From Cladosporium halotolerans (taxonomy: Eukaryota), in the NCBI RefSeq assembly GCF_011745625.1, contig NW_027191485.1:62001-126000 (forward strand): a stretch of 64,000 nucleotides of DNA, given 5' to 3'. The translations under genes were made by a program, and so were the position numbers. Positions within the stretch are counted from its first letter, which is position 1. The number at the start of each line of letters is the position of its first letter. This document shows positions 11,667 through 21,407 of the stretch, piece after piece. Under the pieces are notes generated by a model, which saw only the letters and a program-made list of their open reading frames with translations, was not told the origin of the DNA and made no database searches.

Positions 11667-12188
11667 ATGGCCCGCGGCCCCGAACTCCCCCCCTGGCTCC
11701 GCGCCGTGGCCGTCGCCTACGTCTTCCAGCTGCACATGCGGCCCAAAGACGTCCTGGCGAAACTCCCCATCTCGCGCCAGGCGCTCAGCCAGCTCGTGCA
11801 GAGGACCAAGGAGCGCGCGGGCGAGGGCGCCGAGTTGCCGGCGCTGATGGCGGCTGCGGCTGTGAGGCCGAGGTCGGGGAGGCCGAGGACGAAGGTTAAG
11901 GTCAAGGGGGGGAGGGGGAGGAAGGGGAAGGTGGGGGAGAAGGTGGTGGAGGGTGCGAGTGGGGGAGGAGAGGGTGAGGAGGGAGGGGTGCAGGGTGCTG
12001 ATGGGGAGGGTGGGGAGGTGAGGATGCACGAGGGTGGCGGGCAGGATGTTCTTGTGGATGCGGGGAGGGCGGATGAACGATCGGACGAGCTTGCGCAGAC
12101 TGGCGGGCGGGATGTTTCTATGATGGGCGGAGAGAGAGCGGATGAAAGACCGCACGAGGTTGCGCGAACGGAGACGATGCCGTCTTGA
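11667..12188 (+). CDS. Small ORF (173 aa) with Tc1/mariner-like N-terminal HTH and PRSGRPR motif, G/E-rich tail, no DDE domain
   Basis: ATG in good context (caaaATGG). MARGPELPPWLR...ISRQALSQLVQRTKERAG...PRSGRPR resembles the first HTH plus GRPR linker of fungal Tc1-like transposases. Confidence 0.5.
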   Translation: MARGPELPPWLRAVAVAYVFQLHMRPKDVLAKLPISRQALSQLVQRTKERAGEGAELPALMAAAAVRPRSGRPRTKVKVKGGRGRKGKVGEKVVEGASGGGEGEEGGVQGADGEGGEVRMHEGGGQDVLVDAGRADERSDELAQTGGRDVSMMGGERADERPHEVARTETMPS

Positions 12189-12572
12189 GATAGACCTTTG
12201 GGGGGAAAGGGTAGGTTATGTTTTATCTTTTGTGCTTTTGTTCTCAGCTGACAGCGTATAGCGTACAATTTCCTTCAAAAAGTCTAGGCTACTATGCTTC
12301 TGCCGAAAGAAAAGGGTTCGTGCTCTTGGTGGTATGGCCCCAACTTTCTCTGGCTGTAGTATATGACTTTCATTATATTGCCCGGAGTTATATCGAACGG
12401 AAAAAGGAAAAGAGAAGAAAAGGAGGCAGGGCGAAGCTGGTCATCCTGCAACCGCTTCCCCTGCTCCTCATGAATATTCGACACCGTTAAATGCACGCTC
12501 GGCCGTGGCCGGTTGCGATTTCTTAAAAGGAAAGTTCAAGGAGATGGACGTTCTTGTGCCAGGTGGAGGCGT

Positions 12573-13375
12573 TTAGGCAAGGAAGGCGAAGAGGCCGAGG
12601 ACGGCACCGGCGGCGAGGCCGAGCTGGACCTTCAGAGCGCCGGCGGCGCTGTCGCTGCCGTCCGAGGAGTCGGAAGAGCTGTCCGAGCCAGAGCCGGAGC
12701 CGGAGCCAGAGCCAGAACCAGAACCGGACGAGCCAGAGTCCGAGCCGCCAGTCGAGCTGGAGCTGGACGAGGTGGTCATGCTGCCAGTGCCGGCCGCGGC
12801 GGTGCTGTTGCCCTGAGGGAAGGGAGCGCCAGCCGCGTCAGTGGCCGCGGATGCGGCAGAGGTTCCCGCGGTCGCAATGGCCGCAGTGGCAGATGTGACG
12901 GCGGCCGACGCGGCGGTCTCGGCAGACTCAACAGCCTCGGATGCGGAGCTGGTCAGGCCGGTGGCGCCAGTCGCGGCGGAGTCGACAGCGGACGAGGCAG
13001 CAGTTGCGGCAGAGTCGACCGCGGAAGAGGCGTCAGAGGCGGCGGCGTCGACGGCGCTGGAAACGGCAGTCGTGGCAGCCGCAGCGGCATCGGTGGCATC
13101 AGTTGCACCAGAAGCCACGGCAGAGCTGACGTCGGACGCAACAGAGGTTGCAGCCTCAGCGGCGGCACCAGTTGCGGAAGAGACGGCGCCTGGAGTTGGA
13201 AAGTCAGCGACGGGGTTCGATTTGAAGCTTCAATCGAGATGGACTCACTCTCAGCGCTGTCAGCAGCGGCCGCGGCCTGGTTGTGCTCAGGGGAAGTGGC
13301 CTGGTCGAACATGGAGGTGTCGTCCAGCGCGAAAGCGGTGGCCGCGAAGGCAACGACGACGGCAGCGGCGCGCAT
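12573..13375 (-). CDS. GPI-anchored Ser/Ala/Thr-rich cell-wall protein, ~247 aa, 2 exons
   Basis: Signal peptide MRAAAVVVAFAATAFA. Intron 13190-13248 (GTGAGT..GCTGAC..CAG) joins two ORF-track frames. SSAVDSAATAA-like repeats, a (GS)n spacer and the C-terminal GPI signal SAAGALKVQLGLAAGAVLGLFAFLA. Confidence 0.88.
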
Positions 13376-14913
13376 TGTGATTGAGTTTGGTAGTTGTTTG
13401 AAGATAGGGAAGGAGATGGTGCTGATCAGAAAGGCAGGCGGATGCGCTGGTGTTGATATATAGGGCTGACGGAGGAAGAAAAGGCTGGGGTAAAGACCGT
13501 GTGATGTGATGTGCGTAAGCTGTAGTGGTTGGGACGGCGAGGAAGGGAGGAGTTTTGAGCAACACGAAGGACGACGTCGTTTTCATGGCCATGCCACGCC
13601 ATCATCCGTGGTCCTTGGCTGTGATTTGTTCCTTGCAGTAGACGAAACGCAGGCGTGGCGCTACCGTCTCCGTGCCCATGCTTAGCCCAACGTGCACCCC
13701 GACCCGGCTCCGCAGGCAAATCTAACCCAGCGATCCCTATAATGCGCCACGGGCTCTTCAGACAGTTGAAATGACGGCGGTGGAACGCTTTGGAAGAAAC
13801 GACCAACGCCTTCACGAGAAACGTCTTTTCGCACAGCGTTTCCAGGTCGTTGGAACATACATTCGAGTCGAAAATAGACCAGTGGAGCACCCGATCATCC
13901 CAAAAAAGCAGCGTGCGTATGCACGAGGCTCTGCGATCATAGCCTCCTTCTGACGTCCGCGTCCCTGTCAACCCCTGCCGCGGCGCAGTGATCTCCATCA
14001 CCAAAGGACCTCGCCAGCAATATCAGACCGCGGTCGGCAAGCGCTGACCTCTTACACGGCCTAGCTATACCGCTTGTGCCTTGACCGTTCTAGGCTTTTG
14101 TAATCCCATCTATATCCTACAAGTACGAACGCCACAATTGCTGGACTTCTGAACCTGTCTTTGCGCGACTCAGCCCCTCGGCGTGGTCGAGGAACGGGCA
14201 GGGACGCGCAAGCTGCAACGGCCCTCGCCTGCATAAGGTACCCGCCTGCCCGCCTCTGCCGACGCAGCCACCCGCGTCAGCCCTACGACTGAAGTGAAGC
14301 GACCGAGCCGAGCTGCCTCGTGGCTAGAAGGCCTGAGAACCGCGTCGTGGCCCTGCTAGCTGGGTGTTTACGTGTTGATGGCAGTTGGCACGATCTATTG
14401 TTTCTATGTTTGTGTGCATGTGCCCACTTTTGCTGTTCTGATTTTCGATCCTCACAGCCGACTTCCTGGCAAAGACGTTGCGCGGCTTCCCTTGGCCGCA
14501 CGCCGAACTGCCCAACGGTGCACATCCTCTTCTGGCGGATTCACACAGGTCACATGTTGGCGATCAGGTGTGCCATCGGCTGTCGGAAGCCGTCTTGGCT
14601 TGGCGTGCTCGAGTCTCTAAGACATTGCTGCCTATCGTGACTGTACTTCATATTGCTCATGCGGTTGCATATTCTTAGTAGCCGCTGCGGTGACAGGGAA
14701 CACAGCACAGTAATGCCAGTAAATTCTTGAGGCGCTGGCGCAATTGATGCCGCGCTTTGGTGGATTGATGTCCCCTGCACAAATCCTCTAGGCTGGACCG
14801 CGGAAAGTCTAGACTCTTGCCATTATTATTACACCCATGTTGCCACTGCGCCTTGTCACATCGTCCGATCAAGGCGCAAGATCACACGGCCCCCAAGGCG
14901 CTCACTCACACAC

Positions 14914-15684
14914 TCAGTGGTGGTTCAGCCCACCACCCTTGCCCTTCTCCCACCCGTGAATGCTCTCCGCAATATTAGACCAGTACCTCAACCTAATCGC
15001 CTCCTGCGCCGCCGCCTCCCAATCCGCCTTCTCGAAGCACCCCTCGAGCACCTGCACGCTCTCCGCGATCCGCACGTCGTTCTCCGCGCGCACGGCGCTC
15101 AGCCCCTCCTCGTCCTCGGCCTCGTCCACCGCCTCCCGCGCCTCCATCACCTCCATCAGCAGCGCGTTGTCCGTGATCTGCGCGCTCTCGTCTTCCACAT
15201 CGATCCCCTGCTGGAAGAGCAGGTAGCGCGCGCGCCGCAGCGGGTCTAGCAGCGTCTTGTAGGCTTCGTTGATCCGCGCGCTCAGCGCTTCCGCTTGGCG
15301 CTGCTTGTCGGCGCTCGCGCGGTCGGGGTGCGCTTGTGCTTGGAGCTGGATGAACTCTTTGCGGAGCTGTTTGAGGTCGGGCGTGAAGGGCGAGTTGGGT
15401 GGGGGGCCGGAGGGGAAGGTGTCGGGGAAGAGATCGTAGTATGTTTGGGGCAGGACGGTTTCTTGAGATGTCGGTTGGGATCCGGCGTCTTGACGGCGGA
15501 GAGGGGCGGTGGAGAAGGTTCTTGTCGTAAAGACAGGCTGGAGCGGAAGTCTCGCTGGTGTCCGGGTGAATGTGTTGCGGCAGCTGGCGCAGACGTAGGG
15601 TGCTCGCGAGGTCTGGAATTTTGAGACTTCCTTGAGTCCACTGCGCAGGGCGCGTCCGGCGGTTTGCGGAACGCTGGGTCGCAT
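14914..15684 (-). CDS. JAC1: Mitochondrial J-type co-chaperone Jac1/HscB (Fe-S cluster biogenesis), 256 aa
   Basis: Arg/Ser/Thr-rich presequence. J-domain with AHPD and INEAYKTLLDPLRRARYLL, and an HscB C-terminal domain (LLMEVMEARE...IRLRYW). Confidence 0.93.
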   Translation of the reverse strand: MRPSVPQTAGRALRSGLKEVSKFQTSRAPYVCASCRNTFTRTPARLPLQPVFTTRTFSTAPLRRQDAGSQPTSQETVLPQTYYDLFPDTFPSGPPPNSPFTPDLKQLRKEFIQLQAQAHPDRASADKQRQAEALSARINEAYKTLLDPLRRARYLLFQQGIDVEDESAQITDNALLMEVMEAREAVDEAEDEEGLSAVRAENDVRIAESVQVLEGCFEKADWEAAAQEAIRLRYWSNIAESIHGWEKGKGGGLNHH

Positions 15685-16133
15685 GATTATGATTCTCAAG
15701 AAATGGAAAAGGATTTGGGAGATGTATGTTGTATAGTATAACGAGGTGAAGTTGGCGTTCTTTGTCGAGGCAGATTTGGGATGAGAACGTCTCCCGCGAA
15801 GTTCCCATCGCCGCTCGGCAAACATACCGACGTCATTGACCCGATTGATTATACCGCCAACACAAGAACTTATTTCAATTTACATAGAAGAACGAGATCT
15901 CTATTGTTAAATAATGGGACTTCGGGCTCACGAGCCTCATACTCAATTTCTCATAAAATCATCTACCGGTCGCCCGGGTTTGATTTCTACCTCAAAGCGT
16001 ATCATCTACCCTTGTACGCCCACGCCACAAATGCTCAACATATCGCTCGTCCATATGGGTTTTACATTCGTCATCTTCGTAATCGTCGTTCTCGCTCAAA
16101 CGCAACAATTCGGGACGGCTTTGACGCCTTCAT

Positions 16134-16816
16134 CTACTTCGAGGCGCCCTTGGCAAGCTCTTCAGTGGAGAGTAGCTTATCAGGCCCAAATGACATGGGC
16201 AGCAACTGCTCGAGAGTCATAACCGTGTACTTGCCCTCCTTGTCGTACATCAAGATTGGCGTGCTAGGCTGTTATATAGTCATCAGTCTCGGGCCCATCG
16301 TCTGAAGTGCTCAGGCAAGGTAGATATTCACTCACGTCGCAGAATTCGCGGATGAACTGCCTGCACATGCCGCACGGGCTCGCTGGCGGGCTGATATCTG
16401 TCGCGACGGCGATGGCGCGGAAGTCACCTGCCTTTGCACCCTGCACAGCACAATCTCGTTAGCCAGGTCTTCCGAAGTGACTACCAGACGCAGGTTGACT
16501 CACATTCTGGCAAACAGCCGTAGCGATCGTCACGCGCTCAGCGCAAGTGCCGACGGGGTACGCTGCGTTCTCGACATTCGCGCCCGTCACGACCGCGCCG
16601 CCAGACAGCAGCACGGCACAGCCGACGTGGAAGTTAGAGTACGGGCCTAGATGTCGCAGATGGTCAGTGGCCCGGCGTTTGTTATGCGGTTTTCGACAAG
16701 GCGAACTTACAATACGCTTTCGACTTTGCCTCAATGCATGCTTCCGAGAGGGTTTGGACTTCGGTGGCTGAGAGTCCGTGGATCAGTGCGGTGTCGTGGC
16801 GGGCGTGACCTGGCAT
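16134..16816 (-). CDS. CDD1: Cytidine deaminase, ~162 aa, 4 exons
   Basis: Exons 16816-16711, 16646-16504, 16440-16336 and 16268-16134 with canonical introns. Motifs AYCPYSNFHVG, GANVENAAY, TCAER, SPCGMCRQFIREF and LLPMSFGP. Confidence 0.93.
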
Positions 16817-17550
16817 GGTGGGAGCAAAGAGGGGGGAGGCGGGAATGTGTGTATTGCCAGCGTGGTCTGGTGGAAGTGTTCGCACTTTGGAGAACGGGCG
16901 TTTGCGTGGGTTTGGAAGAACGCAAGCGCGTAATTGTGAGTATGCCAGCCAAAGCCGAATCCCCGTCTCCACTCTAGCAAGACCAGGGCTTTTCATCCGT
17001 CAATTATTGATGCACAATGAAGTGATCTTCTTCCTTTCCCCGTACTAGCGCAAAGACAAGATTAACATTATCGCGCTACCGATCCTGTAATGGCGGCCTT
17101 CATGTAATACGAATCTGAAGGTTCCATAGCTTTTCGCCCAAAAAAGATTTTTTCTGGCACACAAACACCACCAACAAGTCTCCCGTTTATGTACTCCAGA
17201 TCGATGCTAGGCCAAAACAGCACGGCTCCTACGGCGGCTATGCAGCAGATGTGCACATCCTAATGACACAGGGACAGATGCTCTAAACCATCTCGATATT
17301 GAGAGACGCCCGCAATAAGTACTGCGAGAGCTGAGAAGACGAGTTCTGACTATCATAAAACGAAATCTTTGGATTCTCGGTGCAGACGCCCTTGGGACTC
17401 TATTAATCTATATGCGCTCGGGTGCAGAATGCGGATTACCACGCAGCCATCTTCTTTAGGGACTCGAACACAGACGAGGTCTCGGAGATGCTGTTCGCTA
17501 TGGAATTGCCGATGATGCGGAGCGGTACGTTAGGACACTTGACGGGCGCT

Positions 17551-20458
17551 TCATATTTTCGAAAGCCGAGACTCATATTCCTGCATCATCCTGGCCAAAT
17601 ATTGATCTATCAACTTGCTGTGACCTCTGGATATTGCCGTGTACAACGCGTTGTGGCCGTGCTCATGGTCAGAGTCATCAGCATCTTCGATCGCTGCTAT
17701 TCGCAAAATCTTCTCCCGGCTGTCCAACGATGCGGCCACAAGTAATGCGTCATTGAGATCGACGTCCGCGCCTCGTGCCATCAGCGTCTGTACAACATGT
17801 CTGTGGCCACGACGTAATGCTGCGTATAGCGCATTCTCGAAGTCGCCGCCTTGAGCGTGAGGATCTGCGCCCTTAGCTAGTAGGATCTCCACGATTTTCT
17901 CATGGCCTGCCGAAGACGCTGCTTGCAGGGCATTTCCATAGAAGCCTCCTTGAGCGTTGACATCTGCACCATTTGCTAGTAGAATCTCTACTGTTGATTG
18001 GTGGCCTCCTAATGACGCCGCTCGTAGCGCATCCCAGTGTAAGCCTCCTCGGGCGTGGATGTTTGCGCCCTTAGCAAGCAGCAGCTGAACAGTTTCTCTG
18101 TGGCCTTGGCTTGATGCTGTAGATAGCGCGTTGTCTTTCTGAATGTCGGTCTCGGTGCATCCTTCGTCCAGAATTGTATCTACAGCGTGGGTGATGCCCA
18201 GGTAGCTAGCCATAATTAAGGCATTGTTCCATTCGGCGATCGTTATAGCCTTCTCAGGATAGTTTGTCCACAGCTTCCTAAAATCATGAAAACGAACCAA
18301 AGCTCCAAATGCCTCCGAGGTCTGATTGAACAATGTTGCAGACAGACCTCGCAGTTGCTGAGAACAACTCCCTGAGGACCTACAATGGATATCCCAGAAC
18401 CAGGCGGCATAGTTGGCCAGGAAAACCTCAGTCTTGCAGTCATTGAGGTCCCACTCTTCTGCACCGAAGCGAAGCAAATAGACGAGACAGCAGCTGGCCA
18501 GAATGTCGTGTGATGCTTCCTGGTGTAAGCGGAACTTCGGCACACATGCGCGGTTTGAAACGAGGTACTCCTTCACAGAAAAGTGTGCTAGTCGCACATA
18601 TTCGCTTCTCTCAAGCAAACTCGCCCGTCGAGCATAATTGTTTTCGGCCTCAAGGTCATTTTCCTTGTCGTTGTTGATGCTTTTTCCGCTGCTTGTACTT
18701 GGCCCCTCGTCGTTGTGGCTTGATGTTTCTTCGGATGAGTCGTCGCTATCCTCCTCAGTACCTTCCTCGCAAGTAGTGATCACCACGAGGCCGAGACAGA
18801 TTCGCATAATGTCCTGACCGTCTCTGAGCATCTCATCATCGACAAAGTCGGGTTCTTCTCCCAAGATGATGCCTGTCACCTCGAGTAGTTCCAATGCCGT
18901 CAATGGCCGTTCTGCGAAGGACAACCACCTCAAGATCTGCAGCGCCACATCTGCATTTTCGCCCTGGTTGATTGCACAGAGGATGCGGTCGTAAGTCTCA
19001 TCGAGGGTTTTCGGAAGGTTATCCAATGTGTGACGAACCTGAGCGGGCTTGACGCATTTGGCCAGGACGTCTAGTTGACATGAGGCCCACCTGAACCTAT
19101 CGCCTTGTCAGTATCGTAGATGCTGGGAAGTACTGGTATGGGGGGCACTGTACATTCCATTAGCCTTTTGACCAAGTGTCTTTTCGATTTCTTCCAGGAT
19201 GTTCTTGTTCTTGCTCTTCTGCCCCCTCCTCCATCCTCCAAAAGATTTGTCCTTCACAAGTCTCTCGTGAACATATGCCTGGATGTCCTTGTCGACCAAA
19301 CGACTTTCAAGGCATGTTCGACTCTTCCGCGGAACAAGATCTTCTAGCGCCTCCTCGATGTCAATTTCTTTCCTGCTCGTCGAAAGCACACGTAAAGAAT
19401 CATTGCCCCACCCGTGCATTTCCTGTAATGTTTCGAAGAGGCCGTCTCGGTCGCTGCACTCGTCCAAAGCGTCCAGCACCACGAAAGTCGGTGAGAGATG
19501 CCCAACCGTATCCTTCAATGCACCAAGAAGTTCGCCCTCAGAGGCTTGTCGCCCGCTCCGATCACACGCAGCGTACAGCTCGCGCACCCTGTCTGGGACC
19601 CGAGTACACTTGCTCAAGAGCTGGCTCAGCAGTGACTTTAGCAAGTTGACAGGCTTCTGCTTCTCGGCATCGTTGAAGTCAAAGAAGAAGAATGCCAGCG
19701 ACCTGGCTGGATCCACGTCGCAGTACTGCTGCAAGCTCTGGATGATTCCAGCACTCAGGTACGTCTTTCCGGACCCTGGCGAGCCGTAGAGCCAAGCGAA
19801 AGGAGGTCCTCCCTCCTTCCATGATGCGTATTGAGCACCTTGTAAGTACCAATTCCCAGTGTCTGCCGTCCGGGATTTGAGAGACCTTCGCAAGTTGAAG
19901 AAAGGATCGGGGCCCGCCAACCACCGTTGAATTTTCGCTCGCGTGTCTTCTGAAGTCTTGTTAGTGTGTTGGAAGGTATTCAGGTCGGCAAAGAAAAGGC
20001 TCACGGAAGCGTGGATCCAGTCTCGACGAAGACCACGCGCAGTAGAAGGTCAACCTTTCAACATAGGCGCTGATTTCCGCATTCGCATCGCGGACTTCAG
20101 ACTCTTTCCAAATGCTCCGAACACCCTTTGTCAGTCTCTTGAGCGATCTGTCCTGCGCCTCGGGGAGTATGGCAGACAGGACCTCGTTCAGCTTCTCCAT
20201 CTGTTGCTGACATCCGCGCAGACACGGCTCTATCACCTTCACTTCATCGGGAGTAATGCTTTGGTTGTCGATTCCAAGCTTTGTCTTCTCGAGTACTTCC
20301 TTCAGTATGGGAAGCTGACTATCAATGTGAGCGAAAGCCGATGGCAGCTCATTGCCCTTGCTTCGGTAATCGTTCAGTCTGCTCAAAACTTTAGCGCTGA
20401 ATTCGATGAGTTGAAGCACGTTTGCAATTACGCTGACGGTGGAAAGCGGGTCGCCCAT
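17551..20458 (-). CDS. Fungal NLR-like STAND protein: SesA/HeLo-like N-terminus - NACHT - ankyrin repeats, ~931 aa, 3 exons
   Basis: Exons 20458-20005, 19949-19154 and 19096-17551. N-terminus MGDPLSTVSVIANVLQLIEFSAKV, Walker A GSPGSGKT, Walker B VVLDALDEC, ANGMFRWASCQL, LPKTLDETYDRIL and VRLAHFSVKEYL. 33-aa ANK repeats (ALQAAS..GH..IVEILLAKGAD). Confidence 0.92.
17755..18135 (-). repeat. Tandem ~99-bp ankyrin repeat units inside the NLR
   Basis: Four consecutive 33-aa units with DNA-level similarity, e.g. GAGATTCTACTAGCAAATGGTGCAGAT vs GAGATCCTACTAGCTAAGGGCGCAGAT. Confidence 0.85.
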
Positions 20459-21407
20459 GATGAGGTTCAGAAAATAGATAGAGCAAGGTCAGCCTGATCG
20501 AAGCTCCTGTGTAAGAGCTCGAGCTCTCGCGGGGTTTTATCGTTTTGGACGCAAGGCTGAGATGGGTCACAAGCGGAGCATGAGACGCCCGCGAAGGCTG
20601 AGCAGCTGTCGAGATCGCAGCCAACGATTGCCTGAGTCCCAGCTCACTTGCATGAGCACTTTAGCGACTCACATGCCATTCGACGACAGCGCGTGACGAG
20701 GCGGCAGTGCATTTGAAGGCGCCTGAGAGCTGACTAGGAGTACCGCGCTCGGCCAACCATTTCCTTGAGAAGCTCTCTCGCTCGTGCGGTGGCACCTTGA
20801 GAGGCTGCGGATTGTGTACGTGATAGGCACTGCGTTGGGACGATCCCGCAGCGGTGGAGGCGCAAGCAACATCTACCGCATGCATTCGCGTCATCCTGAG
20901 GAAAGTTCGGCGAAAGTACCGAGCGCGGAGTGAGTGAATGCACTTCATGAACGCCTCCATGGCAGAGTACCAAAAGACATAGACGAACCAATCTCCTCTT
21001 GCGCCAAGGCATCGACTGTTCTGGGCCAGCGGCTGACGAGTGCCTTCACGCTGAGCAACCTGCGCGACCATCAGCCACAAATTTACAAAGGGCCTTCGAG
21101 TACTCGACAATGCGGCGACTTCAAGGCTTCGCAAATAGGGGATATCCAATGCCAAACGATAACAGAATCTCAATTCAACCACCCTGCCCGGTATGTGGGT
21201 ATCACGTAGGTATCTACAGCCTGTATCTACAGCCGCCCAAAAGGAAAAGAGAGAAAGAAAAAACAAGAAAGACGACGAGAAAGAAGAATGCATCGCGCTG
21301 CACAGTGAATCAGTTGGCCTCCGTCCATGCCCGCCTCCCCCTCTCTTCCAATTTTCCCATAAACGCATGTCATCCTGGATTCATGCTTCTAGAGCAAATA
21401 AGATCTT

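Noticed and set aside
16990..21400. Amyloid signalling motif or adjacent HET-S/SesB effector for the NLR
   Set aside because: No G/N/Q-rich pseudo-repeat N-terminus and no neighbouring effector ORF visible.
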